From positions 2,465-66,464 of the IMG/VR virus record IMGVR_UViG_3300044858_001474: a stretch of 64,000 bases of DNA; one strand, written 5' to 3'. Under the pieces are notes generated by a model. The model worked only from the letters and a program-made list of their open reading frames with translations. It was not told the DNA's origin and did no database searches. Shown piece by piece: positions 45,820-56,456 of this stretch. Numbering within the stretch: the first letter of the stretch is position 1; each line of letters begins with the position of its first letter. The DNA is from a virus. The position numbers and the translations under genes are program-made.

Positions 45820-48800
45820 TTATCTCTCTACACCAATCGCATCACTTCTTTTAACTGCCTTTCTTGCAGCTATATTAATCTTTTTTTCCAACTCACGTAT
45901 ACGTGCAGCTTTCTCGTCTGGTGACATATTCACATCAGGTGTGTGTTTTATACGAGCTATTTTACTCTGCAAGGTTGCAATCTGATCCCCTGCAGTCCCT
46001 AGAGCTGGAGCCGCTCTACGTAGTTTTACGTTTTCTGGCTCCCCTCGCATAGTCTTAGCTTTTTCCATCTCTCCTGCTTTCTTATAAGCTCTAACTCCAT
46101 TGACTATCTGTTCCGCCGATTTAGCTAGGGCGTAATACTTACTGAGATGTGTGTCTTTATTAGGAGCTGTATATACACCCTTCCATAGAAATTTCTCCCC
46201 TAATGCTTTTGTAGGGGCTGACACACCCGAAACACTAGAAAGGTAAGCGTCAGCTAGAAGTGAGGATAATGCCCAAGCTTCTGTAAACCAACCTTTACCT
46301 AAGTGCTCTATCTTATCAGGGGACATATTTAAGAAATCTGGTATGCCTTCTCCTATCTTTTCAGCAAGAGCTGACGCATGTGCTGTACGTTGGTTTAAAG
46401 GCAATCTACTCTCTGTAAAGCTCTCAATGTTATTACCTGTGTGGAAGTCATGGTTAGTTATCGTTTCTAGTATTGGTTTTAACAACTGGGGTAGCATTGG
46501 AGGGAGTAGTAAATCTTTACCTCCTTTACGAAGTGCCTCCCAACCCTCTGCAGGTGTGAGCGAATATTTAGATACTCGTACTAACAGCTCAGGAATAACT
46601 TTAAAGAAGAACCCTGCCTCAAAGGGGATAGGTATTTTAAAGAAAGGGGCGTTCTTATCTCCTGTAGGCACTAACCAGCTATTCATCCAGTCAGGAGAGT
46701 TTCTGTACTCCTCATCGTCATCCATCTGTAGAGCGTACAGTATAGATGCTGTAGTTATCATTGCCGCGTTAGCATAGAAATGCTTTCTAACTAATCGAGC
46801 TTCTTGTTGGTTGAGGTTGCCGTAGCTTCCGGGAAATGCAGCTCTAGCAAGGGTGTCCATACCATTTAACTGAGCGGAGAAGAACGGTACAGTAGCTCTG
46901 ATAGCCGCAAGTCTTCTGTTGTTACCTTTTTTAGAAAAGTTTATTACCTCTCTAGCTTGCATAGCAGCATAGTTCTCACGTTGCTGTGGATCTACTATAC
47001 CTTTTTTAGGAGCCGCTTTATAAGCTGCGTTATATACAGCTACACGAGTAGCCGCATCGGTAGATTCATGGATATGCATGAGGCCGTCAATAGCCCACTT
47101 TACTATTCCTCTCTTAGCGGCTATACCTTGCACGAATTGTTTTGGGTCGGTTATTGAATCTACAGCCCCTACAATACCGTGTCTCTTTAAGGTTTTATAC
47201 TCTTTTGAAAAGCCTGTTAATATCTTAGCCATGTGGTATGCAGCGTGTAGAGGGGTGATAAGCCCTGACTGCGTTACCAAACTTGCCATCATAGGGTCTC
47301 GTATAAGCTGACGATACCAATATAAAGGGTTAATCAATGTAACAGCCCTAAACACTTTAGTATGTGCTTGAGCGGTTTTCATAATCCAGCCCGGTGTAAG
47401 AGGTAGCAGAGATTGAAATGCTTCAAATGCTACAGGATCATCTATATGGTAATATACTGCTTCACCATTAACTCTAAACATGGTTGCTTGCGGATCATCC
47501 GGTCCTGACTCATACACACTACTTGGGCTTACTTTTGCCATGTGTGTAACTGCTATACGTCTCGCAGTATTTTGTGCTGCTGCACCAGCCATAAAGGATT
47601 GGTGCCTAATTAAATTCTCACCCACATTTACTTTTTGTAAGCTACCTTTACGAGTCTCAACTTTACCCAGCTGCTTAGCACCTACTTTAAGTATCTCTAC
47701 GTAATCTGAAGGGTTATCTACGAGGTCATCCATACTCTTATATAACGGGATATAGGAGGGGTTGTCACGCCAATCATTAGCTGTAACTGAATCAACAAGA
47801 CCCCCAACCTCCCATAAGTCTACCAACTTGCGAAGACCTTCCCATATATCATGCATGATGGGTTCTAATCTGGCGTCTTTAGCTAGTAGTTCTTTAACCT
47901 CTGCAATCTGTTCAGGAGTTACAAGTTTTTCAGTGCCGACCCCTTCCTCCAAAGTTTTTGTCATTTTATCTGCAGCTTCCCTAAGAGCCGCCGCTTGATC
48001 TAAAAGAGCATCACGTTTAACTTTGTCTGTAGCCTTAGCAGCTAGGTCTTCTTTCTGTTGAGCTTTTGCTTCTTTAGCTGTTATATCTGCCTGTATATCC
48101 GATGCAGACTGCCTACCATGTCTAGCATAAAGTTTATTAGACGCCTCTTTTAGTTTTGTCATTCTACTATTGAGGGTTTTAAGTTCTTTATTGATGTCTT
48201 TTATGGCATCTTTTAGTGTCTGTATCTGAGCTGTATCGTTAGCAGATTTAGCGGCTTCTAGGCTTCTTCTAGCATCTACCAGAGCTTCTGTAAGTTTGTC
48301 TGAATCTTTCTGTAGGACATCTGCAAAATCTTTATACAACTTAGCATTAACTCGCTGCTCTGCATCTTTACGTAGGCTTTGTTCCCCAGTTAGTACACGC
48401 ATTGCCGAGAAGAATGTTTTACGGGAATCTTTATAACCGAGAGCATCAATACGTTTAAAGATATCTTCAAGAGCTAACCTTTTCTCAGTAACAGACATAA
48501 GAGTACCGTCACCTGCATATACTAAGTACCCATCACTATTACGTATTACGTTGTATAGTTGCTCATTTGCTTGTATCACCATATCAGCACGTAAAGCACC
48601 GCTCTTATCAAACATAGGTAAAGGTTTTAATAGCCTACTTAGCCCCCCTGTTTTATCTATCCAGCTAGTACGTATTTTAGATAGGAGGTTCCCCTTTGAT
48701 GCTTCTTCAATACCTTCTTTGATAGATGTACTCATGCTCTTATCTGAGGTTTGAACCAGATCAGCTTCATTAAGAGAAGTACCTAGAGCCTGTGCATCTT

Positions 48801-51800
48801 TGTTAGGCTTAACAGAATAGGAAGTACCTTCTTTACGTGCAGTACGCTTAGTAGTTTTAGACTCTTTACGTAGAGCTTTAACAGCTAGGTGCCTAGCATC
48901 AGCTTCAGTTAATTGCAGTCTCATACCCAAGTGCATACGGGCAAAGTTCCTAACTGCAGATACTATCTTTTTAACAACAGGAAGATGTGGGGCGTTCTCT
49001 ACTAGGTAAGCAAGTGCCTCATGGTGACGCAAATGTGTTGGTGTGTCTTTAGGAATAGCAGCGCGAGCTTTATCAAAAACTTCCCCTACATTGTTCAGGG
49101 CTTGATGTGCAATGTCTTTGTATACTTTAGCCCCAACTAAGTTCTCCATACCTACATGGGTTCCCACCTCATGCAATGCTACGTTCTCTAAAGTCTCAGG
49201 CGTTAGCTTGTTAGCTACATAGTGAGTTACACCTTCAGCAGTAGTAAGACCTTGCACATTCTCAGGGTGCTTGCCTTCAGGCAGAGTCTCAGCAGTATCA
49301 TGTATAACAGCTTTACCAGATGCCACTAGACGTTTCATCTCAGGTGATAGGGTCTTAGACAACGAAGCGGCGGTGTGTTCGGTAGTTTCAGAAGTAGGCG
49401 CTACTGATTCATAGTCGTAACCGCTGTAATCAAAATCACCAAAATCAATTTGCCCAGATATATCGTTATCATCACCCTCATCAATCCCATACAGAGAGTC
49501 ATCTGATAGCGGTTTAGTTGTATCTTCTATAACCTCATCTTCATCCCCATCTTCAGTTTTACTTGTATCTTCTACAACTTTTTTAGTTTTCTTACCTTGT
49601 TTTTTTAGCCTTAGTTTATTTGCAGCGTCTTGTTTAGCTTGTAATAATAGAGCTGCATTGTCCGCTGCTATTTTAGCATCAGCAGCTTTTTTCTTATCTA
49701 TAGCGTCCTGTAATTCCTGTATACGTAATTGTTCTTTTTCATACTCGCCAGCCTCACCTTCAGTTTCAGCAACCTCGCCTTCTCCCTCATCTTGTTTAGC
49801 AGCTTTACTTATTACGCTATTAAGCCCTAATTGATTTTCGTTTATTTGTAGTCCCCTACCCAACTGCTGGCTTGGTGGTAGTATAGCCGCCTCTATCTGA
49901 TTAGCTACACCTGAATGAGGCATATCTGGATCTACATCTAAGCCCAACCTTGCAGCTATGTTATATAAGGCGTCTATATTATTTTGAGACGGCTCTCGAG
50001 TTTTTGATTTTCTTATACTAGCATCGTACTTATCTAATACGGTTTGTGCTGCTTTTATTAGAGGCGATGTTACTTCTTGACCGCCCGCTTCAGTAGCTTG
50101 CTCCCCTTGTCCGCTTGATTCCATTCCTTCGCCAGCTTGGGTGATATTTTTAACTGCTTTGCCTTTTTTGGGTTGTGTGCTGCCATTGCCATTAGGCGGG
50201 CTTGTGCTGGTGACTTGCTGGGCATTAATAAAGTCCTCTATAGGTAGGGTTTCTCCTTGTTGTATAGCATCCATATATTTTAATACAGTGTTTGCTCCAC
50301 CTGCTGGTAGCTTCTTAGAACTTCTAGAGCCCGTCATAACAGGTATCAGTATCTCTTCGATGGCTGGATGGTCAGCCGGATTCATAATGTCTAAACCTTT
50401 AGACGCAATCTTCCTATAAGCGCCGCTAGTTTCGTCAAGGTTTAACGTAGATGTAAGCCATGTAGGTTCAGTGCGTACAGGCTTTTCAGCCTTTCCTTTT
50501 ACTATAGGAGCCGCTACTATCTGCTCTCCCCCTCCCCCTACTACTCCATCTGCCGCTGGTACATCTACAGTTGCGGCTTCGCTTCCTACTACTTCATCTG
50601 CCGCTGGTACATCTGCAGTTGCGGCTTCGCCTCCTACTACTCCCTCTGCCGCTGGTACTTTAATAGCTGCTTCAGCTACACGTGCTCTTTCTTCAGGGGT
50701 AATATCTAAAGGGTTTGGTGCTACAACTGTTTCGCCCTCTGGTGTTACTGGGGTTACTGGTGCGGCAGGTGGTGGAGGTGGTGGAGGTGCTTGTTCTGTA
50801 GTTCCAGCTAATTGGCTAACGGCGTTTGTACCGCCCCCCATAAGAGCGCCCATAAGAGCACCTTTTACACTTTCATCTTCTACGCCTTCAAATAGAGGTT
50901 TATCTGTAGCATAGTTTTGAGACATCTGCTCTATTGCTGATTGAGGGGCTTCTTGAAATACGCCTTCCCCTATCATAGACACTAACGTAGACCTGAAGAA
51001 TCCCGGAGTATTAGCAGCGTCACCAAACTCTTGCAATGCCATTTTCCTAGCATTACCTGAGAGAAGCAAGTTGGGATCAATACCACCTAATGCTGTAGTA
51101 AGCTTAGCACCTGCAGCTCCAACTACACCTGTCCCTAACCCTGTCATTAACGCCGCTTCAGTATTTGCTCCTGTCGCTTCTCCTTCTGGGTTAGTAACCC
51201 GTAAGTTCTCTTTTTGGGCACCTGCACCTATCCCTGCTTCACCTAAACCCGCGGCTATGTATGGAGCGGCTGCTGGTACTTTAGTTAGGACTTTACCTAA
51301 CCCCATTAACCCTGCTTTAGCTATACCTGCGCCGCCTACCATTTGAGGAGCAGACTCACCTATAGCCGATACTAATGCTGATGGGTTATCTATAGCAGCT
51401 TGTAGGATAGCTTTCCAACCGTGAGCTGCAGCTAAGTTCTTAATAGCTTCTTGTTGTTGAGGAGAGTATTGTGTACTTAAGTACTCTTGCACTTTGTTTA
51501 GGTCTAGCCCTGCATCTTCAACGGCTTTTCCTAAATCTCCCGGTGTAATAAGATCAGCTAACCCTATAAAAGATTGCCCTAACCCCACGCCACCCTTCAT
51601 GGCACCTACACCGATATCTTCTAATACCTTAGTACCACGACCTTCTGTCTCCTTTCCTTCTTTCTTAGGTAGGGTGAAGTCCATGTCAGGGTGTAAAGCG
51701 GAAACTTGTTTAATAGCCTCTTCATCAGTTAAGTTTTCAGGGGCGTGTAAGATGTCCCCATTAGCTAACGGGATGTCTCTTAAACCAACAGCGTCTATGC

Positions 51801-52446
51801 CTTTAGATCTAGCATAAGCAATCGCATCTGCTTTAGATACACCTATAGGTGCATGAAGTATATCTCCATTAGATAATGGGATATCATATGTTTCCCCTTG
51901 AGGTTCTTGTGCTGGAGCACGTTCTCCACCTAATATATTAGCTACGTAGTTTTGTGTTTCTGTAGGAACGACTGACATCCAGTCTGCACCTGCTTTACGT
52001 ATAGCCTTATTAAGATTCCCTTCGCCGTAGTTGTAAGCAGCAACAGCCTTAGCCATATCACCATTATAATATTTGACTAGCCCCGCCATTTTCTTACCAG
52101 CAGCGTCAATAGACGCGTAAGGGTCACGGGCGTTAACCCCATATTCCCTAGCAGTAGGAGGCATTAACTGCATCAAACCAGTAGCGCCTTTAGGACTTAC
52201 TGCATTAGGGTTGTACCTGCTTTCTTGAAACCCTATAGTAGAGAGTAGGCCACTAGGGAGCCCATACTGGTCTTCAGCTTTTTGAAATGCTTCCCCGTAA
52301 GAAGAAGGTGCCGCCTGTGAAGGTTGAGGCAGGTACGGGGATACATCAATTTCGGAGGGTGTTTGCTCGGGAGCTGGTTGAGCTCCAAAAAGTTCTGCGT
52401 TAGCAGTAGGGTTATAAGCAAAAGGGTTTGTCTCTGTATTAGCCAT
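45820..52446 (-). CDS. Giant internal virion/ejection protein: lytic transglycosylase, metallopeptidase-like HEVGTH, LPD38-like C-terminus
   Basis: QES..NPNAVSPKGATGLMQLMP..AAYNYGEG (SLT); PFFSAQLNG..IPIPFEAG. Confidence 0.85.
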   Translation of the reverse strand: MANTETNPFAYNPTANAELFGAQPAPEQTPSEIDVSPYLPQPSQAAPSSYGEAFQKAEDQYGLPSGLLSTIGFQESRYNPNAVSPKGATGLMQLMPPTAREYGVNARDPYASIDAAGKKMAGLVKYYNGDMAKAVAAYNYGEGNLNKAIRKAGADWMSVVPTETQNYVANILGGERAPAQEPQGETYDIPLSNGDILHAPIGVSKADAIAYARSKGIDAVGLRDIPLANGDILHAPENLTDEEAIKQVSALHPDMDFTLPKKEGKETEGRGTKVLEDIGVGAMKGGVGLGQSFIGLADLITPGDLGKAVEDAGLDLNKVQEYLSTQYSPQQQEAIKNLAAAHGWKAILQAAIDNPSALVSAIGESAPQMVGGAGIAKAGLMGLGKVLTKVPAAAPYIAAGLGEAGIGAGAQKENLRVTNPEGEATGANTEAALMTGLGTGVVGAAGAKLTTALGGIDPNLLLSGNARKMALQEFGDAANTPGFFRSTLVSMIGEGVFQEAPQSAIEQMSQNYATDKPLFEGVEDESVKGALMGALMGGGTNAVSQLAGTTEQAPPPPPPPAAPVTPVTPEGETVVAPNPLDITPEERARVAEAAIKVPAAEGVVGGEAATADVPAADEVVGSEAATVDVPAADGVVGGGGEQIVAAPIVKGKAEKPVRTEPTWLTSTLNLDETSGAYRKIASKGLDIMNPADHPAIEEILIPVMTGSRSSKKLPAGGANTVLKYMDAIQQGETLPIEDFINAQQVTSTSPPNGNGSTQPKKGKAVKNITQAGEGMESSGQGEQATEAGGQEVTSPLIKAAQTVLDKYDASIRKSKTREPSQNNIDALYNIAARLGLDVDPDMPHSGVANQIEAAILPPSQQLGRGLQINENQLGLNSVISKAAKQDEGEGEVAETEGEAGEYEKEQLRIQELQDAIDKKKAADAKIAADNAALLLQAKQDAANKLRLKKQGKKTKKVVEDTSKTEDGDEDEVIEDTTKPLSDDSLYGIDEGDDNDISGQIDFGDFDYSGYDYESVAPTSETTEHTAASLSKTLSPEMKRLVASGKAVIHDTAETLPEGKHPENVQGLTTAEGVTHYVANKLTPETLENVALHEVGTHVGMENLVGAKVYKDIAHQALNNVGEVFDKARAAIPKDTPTHLRHHEALAYLVENAPHLPVVKKIVSAVRNFARMHLGMRLQLTEADARHLAVKALRKESKTTKRTARKEGTSYSVKPNKDAQALGTSLNEADLVQTSDKSMSTSIKEGIEEASKGNLLSKIRTSWIDKTGGLSRLLKPLPMFDKSGALRADMVIQANEQLYNVIRNSDGYLVYAGDGTLMSVTEKRLALEDIFKRIDALGYKDSRKTFFSAMRVLTGEQSLRKDAEQRVNAKLYKDFADVLQKDSDKLTEALVDARRSLEAAKSANDTAQIQTLKDAIKDINKELKTLNSRMTKLKEASNKLYARHGRQSASDIQADITAKEAKAQQKEDLAAKATDKVKRDALLDQAAALREAADKMTKTLEEGVGTEKLVTPEQIAEVKELLAKDARLEPIMHDIWEGLRKLVDLWEVGGLVDSVTANDWRDNPSYIPLYKSMDDLVDNPSDYVEILKVGAKQLGKVETRKGSLQKVNVGENLIRHQSFMAGAAAQNTARRIAVTHMAKVSPSSVYESGPDDPQATMFRVNGEAVYYHIDDPVAFEAFQSLLPLTPGWIMKTAQAHTKVFRAVTLINPLYWYRQLIRDPMMASLVTQSGLITPLHAAYHMAKILTGFSKEYKTLKRHGIVGAVDSITDPKQFVQGIAAKRGIVKWAIDGLMHIHESTDAATRVAVYNAAYKAAPKKGIVDPQQRENYAAMQAREVINFSKKGNNRRLAAIRATVPFFSAQLNGMDTLARAAFPGSYGNLNQQEARLVRKHFYANAAMITTASILYALQMDDDEEYRNSPDWMNSWLVPTGDKNAPFFKIPIPFEAGFFFKVIPELLVRVSKYSLTPAEGWEALRKGGKDLLLPPMLPQLLKPILETITNHDFHTGNNIESFTESRLPLNQRTAHASALAEKIGEGIPDFLNMSPDKIEHLGKGWFTEAWALSSLLADAYLSSVSGVSAPTKALGEKFLWKGVYTAPNKDTHLSKYYALAKSAEQIVNGVRAYKKAGEMEKAKTMRGEPENVKLRRAAPALGTAGDQIATLQSKIARIKHTPDVNMSPDEKAARIRELEKKINIAARKAVKRSDAIGVER
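50537..50658. repeat. 48-bp tandem repeat, about 2.5 copies, in frame
   Basis: Units start at 50537, 50585 and 50633; encode VPAAxxVVGxEAATxD. Confidence 0.85.
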
Positions 52447-52489
52447 ACTGCTTCCAGTTAATAAGTATATTGGGGAATATTATATAATA

Positions 52490-54037
52490 CTACTGCCCTT
52501 TAGATATTCCAAAACCGTTTCCAAGAGAGTTAAAAGGTTGGCTAGAACTACCGCCTCCCATTTTATTTTGGCGCATAATCGCTAATAAATTATTTACTGC
52601 GTCTTGTGTTTCTTTGGGATCACTTCCACCCTGCATACTACGTCCAACAACCTCTGCTATTTTATCCGCAGATAAAACCCCTGCATCAAATTGCTTCCTC
52701 TCCATTTCAGACATATCTTTCATTATTTGTATGGCTTGTTCGTTATACATCCTTGCTTTTAGCTCTTGCATACTGTTAGCACCTTTAACTCGCTCTAAGC
52801 CTAAGTTGCCTTGAATACCAAGCATAGTCTCTTCTCTTTTCGCTCTAGCTTCAGCTTCAGCTTCAGCAACCTTAGCTTGTTGAGCCAGATACATAGACGC
52901 AGCTGTTTTATGTCCTTGTAGTTCAGATGTTTTCTGAGCGGTTCGCAGCGCTCTTTGTTCTTTCTCTGCAGCGGCTTCGTCTTTAGCACCTGACTGATAA
53001 CCTGATACACCTGATAACAACCCTGCACCTAAGGCTTGACTCATATATGGAGTCTGAGCAGATAACATACCACCTATACCTTGGGTTAAAGCCATTAACC
53101 CTTTATCTCTTCTAGCATTTGCAGTTGCTTCTTTAGCTGCATTGACCTCTTCAGATAAGTCTACTTCAGGGCCTAACAGTTTTTGGATGTTTTCTATAGA
53201 CTCTTCTTGTGTAAGTTTAGGAGTAGTATTTTTATTTAGCATTGAAGCTATTGCAGCATCTGCACCGTATGCGTTAGGGTCAACTTCCCCTTTAGATAGG
53301 TAGTCTTTTAATCCTTGATATGTCTCTCCTTTAGCTGTTGGAGAAGCCTCATTACGTGCAGCTGAGCTTGTTGCTGCAGGTGCGTGTACCACGCTGTTTT
53401 TATTTACAGGGTGCTTTTTAACTTTGTGTGTTACAAAGTCTGACAGTCTTGGTTCAACTTTAGGGCTAGTTGCGCTACCAAAATCTTCATCTATAATAGG
53501 GTCTGTCTCTTGAGGTATAGCTGCTGGGATACCGCTACCAGAAGATAGTTGGTTGTCCATAAACGAATTAAGCCAAGAAGTAGGCAACTCACCATCATCA
53601 CCATCATCAGCTTCAGGAGATCCTCCATTCGCAAACCGTTTAACCTCACCACCTTGAGCCAGTGCAACTAACCCACCTGTAGCCGCTTGTTGTGGAGCGG
53701 GAGTATTTTCAGGGGCTACGCCTATTCCTGCACCTCGCATTGGGTCTACTTGTTGCATAGCCATTTGGTTCCCACCTACTGAAGGTAGTCCTTGTGCTGA
53801 AGTCTGCGCAAACTCACCTAACTTTTGCTCCATTACAGTCTTTTGTGGAGCCTGTGGGTGTGGAGCCCTAGCTTGTTGTTGGTATTGGACCCCCATACCT
53901 ATAGCTAATAACAGAGGAGAGTCTTTTGGTAGCCCTTGTTTAGCCGCCTCTATCTGCTGTGGGGTAGCTGTTTTTGCCCAATCAAAAAGCTGGTTATTTT
54001 GCTGGATATAAGATTGATTAGTTACTGGAGCACTCAT
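52490..54037 (-). CDS. Internal virion (ejection) protein
   Basis: Gln/Ala-rich; ATGG/AQGG/ANGG motifs; hydrophobic Gly-rich segment. Confidence 0.7.
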   Translation of the reverse strand: MSAPVTNQSYIQQNNQLFDWAKTATPQQIEAAKQGLPKDSPLLLAIGMGVQYQQQARAPHPQAPQKTVMEQKLGEFAQTSAQGLPSVGGNQMAMQQVDPMRGAGIGVAPENTPAPQQAATGGLVALAQGGEVKRFANGGSPEADDGDDGELPTSWLNSFMDNQLSSGSGIPAAIPQETDPIIDEDFGSATSPKVEPRLSDFVTHKVKKHPVNKNSVVHAPAATSSAARNEASPTAKGETYQGLKDYLSKGEVDPNAYGADAAIASMLNKNTTPKLTQEESIENIQKLLGPEVDLSEEVNAAKEATANARRDKGLMALTQGIGGMLSAQTPYMSQALGAGLLSGVSGYQSGAKDEAAAEKEQRALRTAQKTSELQGHKTAASMYLAQQAKVAEAEAEARAKREETMLGIQGNLGLERVKGANSMQELKARMYNEQAIQIMKDMSEMERKQFDAGVLSADKIAEVVGRSMQGGSDPKETQDAVNNLLAIMRQNKMGGGSSSQPFNSLGNGFGISKGQ

Positions 54038-56046
54038 TATTTCACACCTCTTTTGCTTACTTTACCGTTTTTAATGAGTCCACCACGAGCCTTAAAAGGA
54101 TTAGCTGGAGTACCTGTGGTTTGATTTGTTGAGGGTCCTGAAACTGGCATACCTTGACCTGATGCTGCATTAACAGCTCCAGCGTTAGCTGTATTAGTAA
54201 AGTTAAGATTAGCATTAGCAGTGTTTTGAAGGTTTCCAACGCCTTGTTGACTTAGGGCTTGTTCCGCTTGAGTGACTTGACCTTGTGCACCCATATTGGC
54301 TAAGTTAGCTTGGTTTTGTTGAGTAGCTATGCCCGCTAGACCTTGACCTTGTTGCCCTGCTGCGGATAGCGCAGTTATATTTTGAGCATTAGCCTGAAGC
54401 CCTGATTGAACATTAAACTGGTTAGTAGCATTTTGTGCTGCTTGATTGGCTTGCGCCGCAGTTAGTTGCCCCCCGTAATTTACTTTAGCCGCATCAAGCG
54501 CTTGTTGTACGTATTGTGAGCGTTGTTGATTAATAGCTGCTTGGTTGGCTAGATCGGTTTGTTGTGCAGCTGTTAAGTTAGCTTGCCCCGCTTGTAATCC
54601 TAGACCTTGTTCTGCAGAGAACTGCCCCATACCTGACTGATATGCTTTTTCTAACCCTTGCGCTTCTATATCACCTAATCTCATAGCTTGGTTACGAGCT
54701 GCTTCAGACCTTTCAATAGCTTGACGAGATCCACCATAAGCACCTGCAGCTGTAGCTTGTTTGTTTAACTCTTGTAGTTGCTTAGCGTAGTCTCTATTGG
54801 CTTCTCTTTTTTGTATGTCTACTACGTTCTGCATATAAGGAGACATATAAGCTTCTGAAGTGCCTTGATCTATCCATGATTTAGGGCCTTCCATTTGGTT
54901 CTTTTGAGCTACTTCTGCTACATAATCTTCAGCCGATACGTTGGCAGGAGCATTCATTAATGCGGCATCTATTTCTTTAGGGGTATAGTTAGCTTTCTCC
55001 ATGAGCCCTTTAATAGAGGCTTTAACAGCATCGGACGCAGCACCATAACCCGCTCTAGCTGCATCGGCTTCAGCACCTATTTGCTCTGGGGTTCCTAACT
55101 TCCTAGCGGCCTCTTGTAGAGCTAAAAAATCTTTGTTTGTAGATTTGTATCCTACTATATTTCCATTAGCATCATACGTAGGCTCAGTATCAGCAGTTAT
55201 AAAGGTGTTTGCCGTACCAATAGTGTTTTTTAAGTTATCTGAAGCAGTTTGTTCCGCCGCAGTTTTTACACTAGGGAATTTTTTTGCTACGTTAGCTGGA
55301 AGTGTGTATCCCGCTTGAGTGAAAGCTGTTAACAACTTAACGTAGTCCGTATCAGTCATTGTTCCTTGAGCTGGAGGACCTAACTTAGGATGACCGTTAA
55401 CCATAGTTATAACACCGTAACCCCCCATTTGCTGATTTGTGTTATAAGCACGTATTAAGTCTACATCTTTAGTAGACAGCTTTTTGTTGTTTTTTTGTTT
55501 ATCTAAAGCTTTGTCAATCTCTGTTTGTACCTTTGCAGATTGGGTCGCTGGGGTTAGTTTATATCCCTCATCTTTAGCAGTATCTCCACCGCCAGCGTAC
55601 CCTTTTAAAGACATAAGACCGCCTCTAGCACTTCCAGCAACAGCTTCGTTAGCCTTATCACCCTGAGATGGTTGTGGTGCTATAGCTGCAGGTAGTGTGT
55701 ATGTAGAAGCAGCAGTGCCTGTGGGAGTATAAAAATCAGTCGGTGCTTTAATTGGTGCGCTGTATCCACTATACTGGCTTTGTGTAGGCACAGGAGAATA
55801 ACCGCCCTTAAGCATGTCATTGTAAGCCGCTGTTTGTTCAGCGCTTGATCGTAGCATACTGGTAACAGGACCCGGTTTGTCTTTAGTACCTAACATAAGA
55901 GCTTGGTATACTGGGTTCTGCCACGGCGACTGATTGACCGTTGTTGTAGATGTGGTGTTTGAAGGAGTAGCTGGCGCACCGCCATAGAATCTAGGGCAGA
56001 TGTAAGTAAAAAATAGTTTTGGAAGACTACTTGGTTTGAATATCAT
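54037..56046 (-). CDS. Internal virion (ejection) protein
   Basis: YMSPYMQNV..AGAYGGSRQA, Gln/Ala-rich. Confidence 0.72.
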   Translation of the reverse strand: MIFKPSSLPKLFFTYICPRFYGGAPATPSNTTSTTTVNQSPWQNPVYQALMLGTKDKPGPVTSMLRSSAEQTAAYNDMLKGGYSPVPTQSQYSGYSAPIKAPTDFYTPTGTAASTYTLPAAIAPQPSQGDKANEAVAGSARGGLMSLKGYAGGGDTAKDEGYKLTPATQSAKVQTEIDKALDKQKNNKKLSTKDVDLIRAYNTNQQMGGYGVITMVNGHPKLGPPAQGTMTDTDYVKLLTAFTQAGYTLPANVAKKFPSVKTAAEQTASDNLKNTIGTANTFITADTEPTYDANGNIVGYKSTNKDFLALQEAARKLGTPEQIGAEADAARAGYGAASDAVKASIKGLMEKANYTPKEIDAALMNAPANVSAEDYVAEVAQKNQMEGPKSWIDQGTSEAYMSPYMQNVVDIQKREANRDYAKQLQELNKQATAAGAYGGSRQAIERSEAARNQAMRLGDIEAQGLEKAYQSGMGQFSAEQGLGLQAGQANLTAAQQTDLANQAAINQQRSQYVQQALDAAKVNYGGQLTAAQANQAAQNATNQFNVQSGLQANAQNITALSAAGQQGQGLAGIATQQNQANLANMGAQGQVTQAEQALSQQGVGNLQNTANANLNFTNTANAGAVNAASGQGMPVSGPSTNQTTGTPANPFKARGGLIKNGKVSKRGVK

Positions 56047-56456
56047 AGGGGTTTACCTGTAATTATGTATTTTTGACGCATACCGTATCGAGACCATAGC
56101 TTAACTATAGATTCACGACCAGCACCTTCTAAATAAGTAGCACCGTTTGACCGGAGTATGTCTTCAAATTGAGCCCATGTAGCTCTGTTAGATACTAGTT
56201 TACCACCAATAGCAACCACAAATCCAACTCTGTTAGCAGGTCTATTAAAATAAGACACAACTAAGGCTCCGTGTATAGTATTTTCTTCATCAGTAGCAAC
56301 AATAAGCTGCCATGACCCTAGTGATACCATCACTCTTACTTCTTCAATATTGTAGTCCCCACAAGCATACTCAAGGGCTGCTTCTAAGAAATGCTCCACA
56401 TGGTCCCATGTTTGGTTTACGTATTCTAGGGGGACTTGCTGTACTTTAAGAGGCAT
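56043..56456 (-). CDS. GNAT-like protein in the ejection-protein cluster
   Basis: W..VE.FL..AL..IGG..LEGAGR..LW.RYG. Confidence 0.55.
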   Translation of the reverse strand: MPLKVQQVPLEYVNQTWDHVEHFLEAALEYACGDYNIEEVRVMVSLGSWQLIVATDEENTIHGALVVSYFNRPANRVGFVVAIGGKLVSNRATWAQFEDILRSNGATYLEGAGRESIVKLWSRYGMRQKYIITGKPL

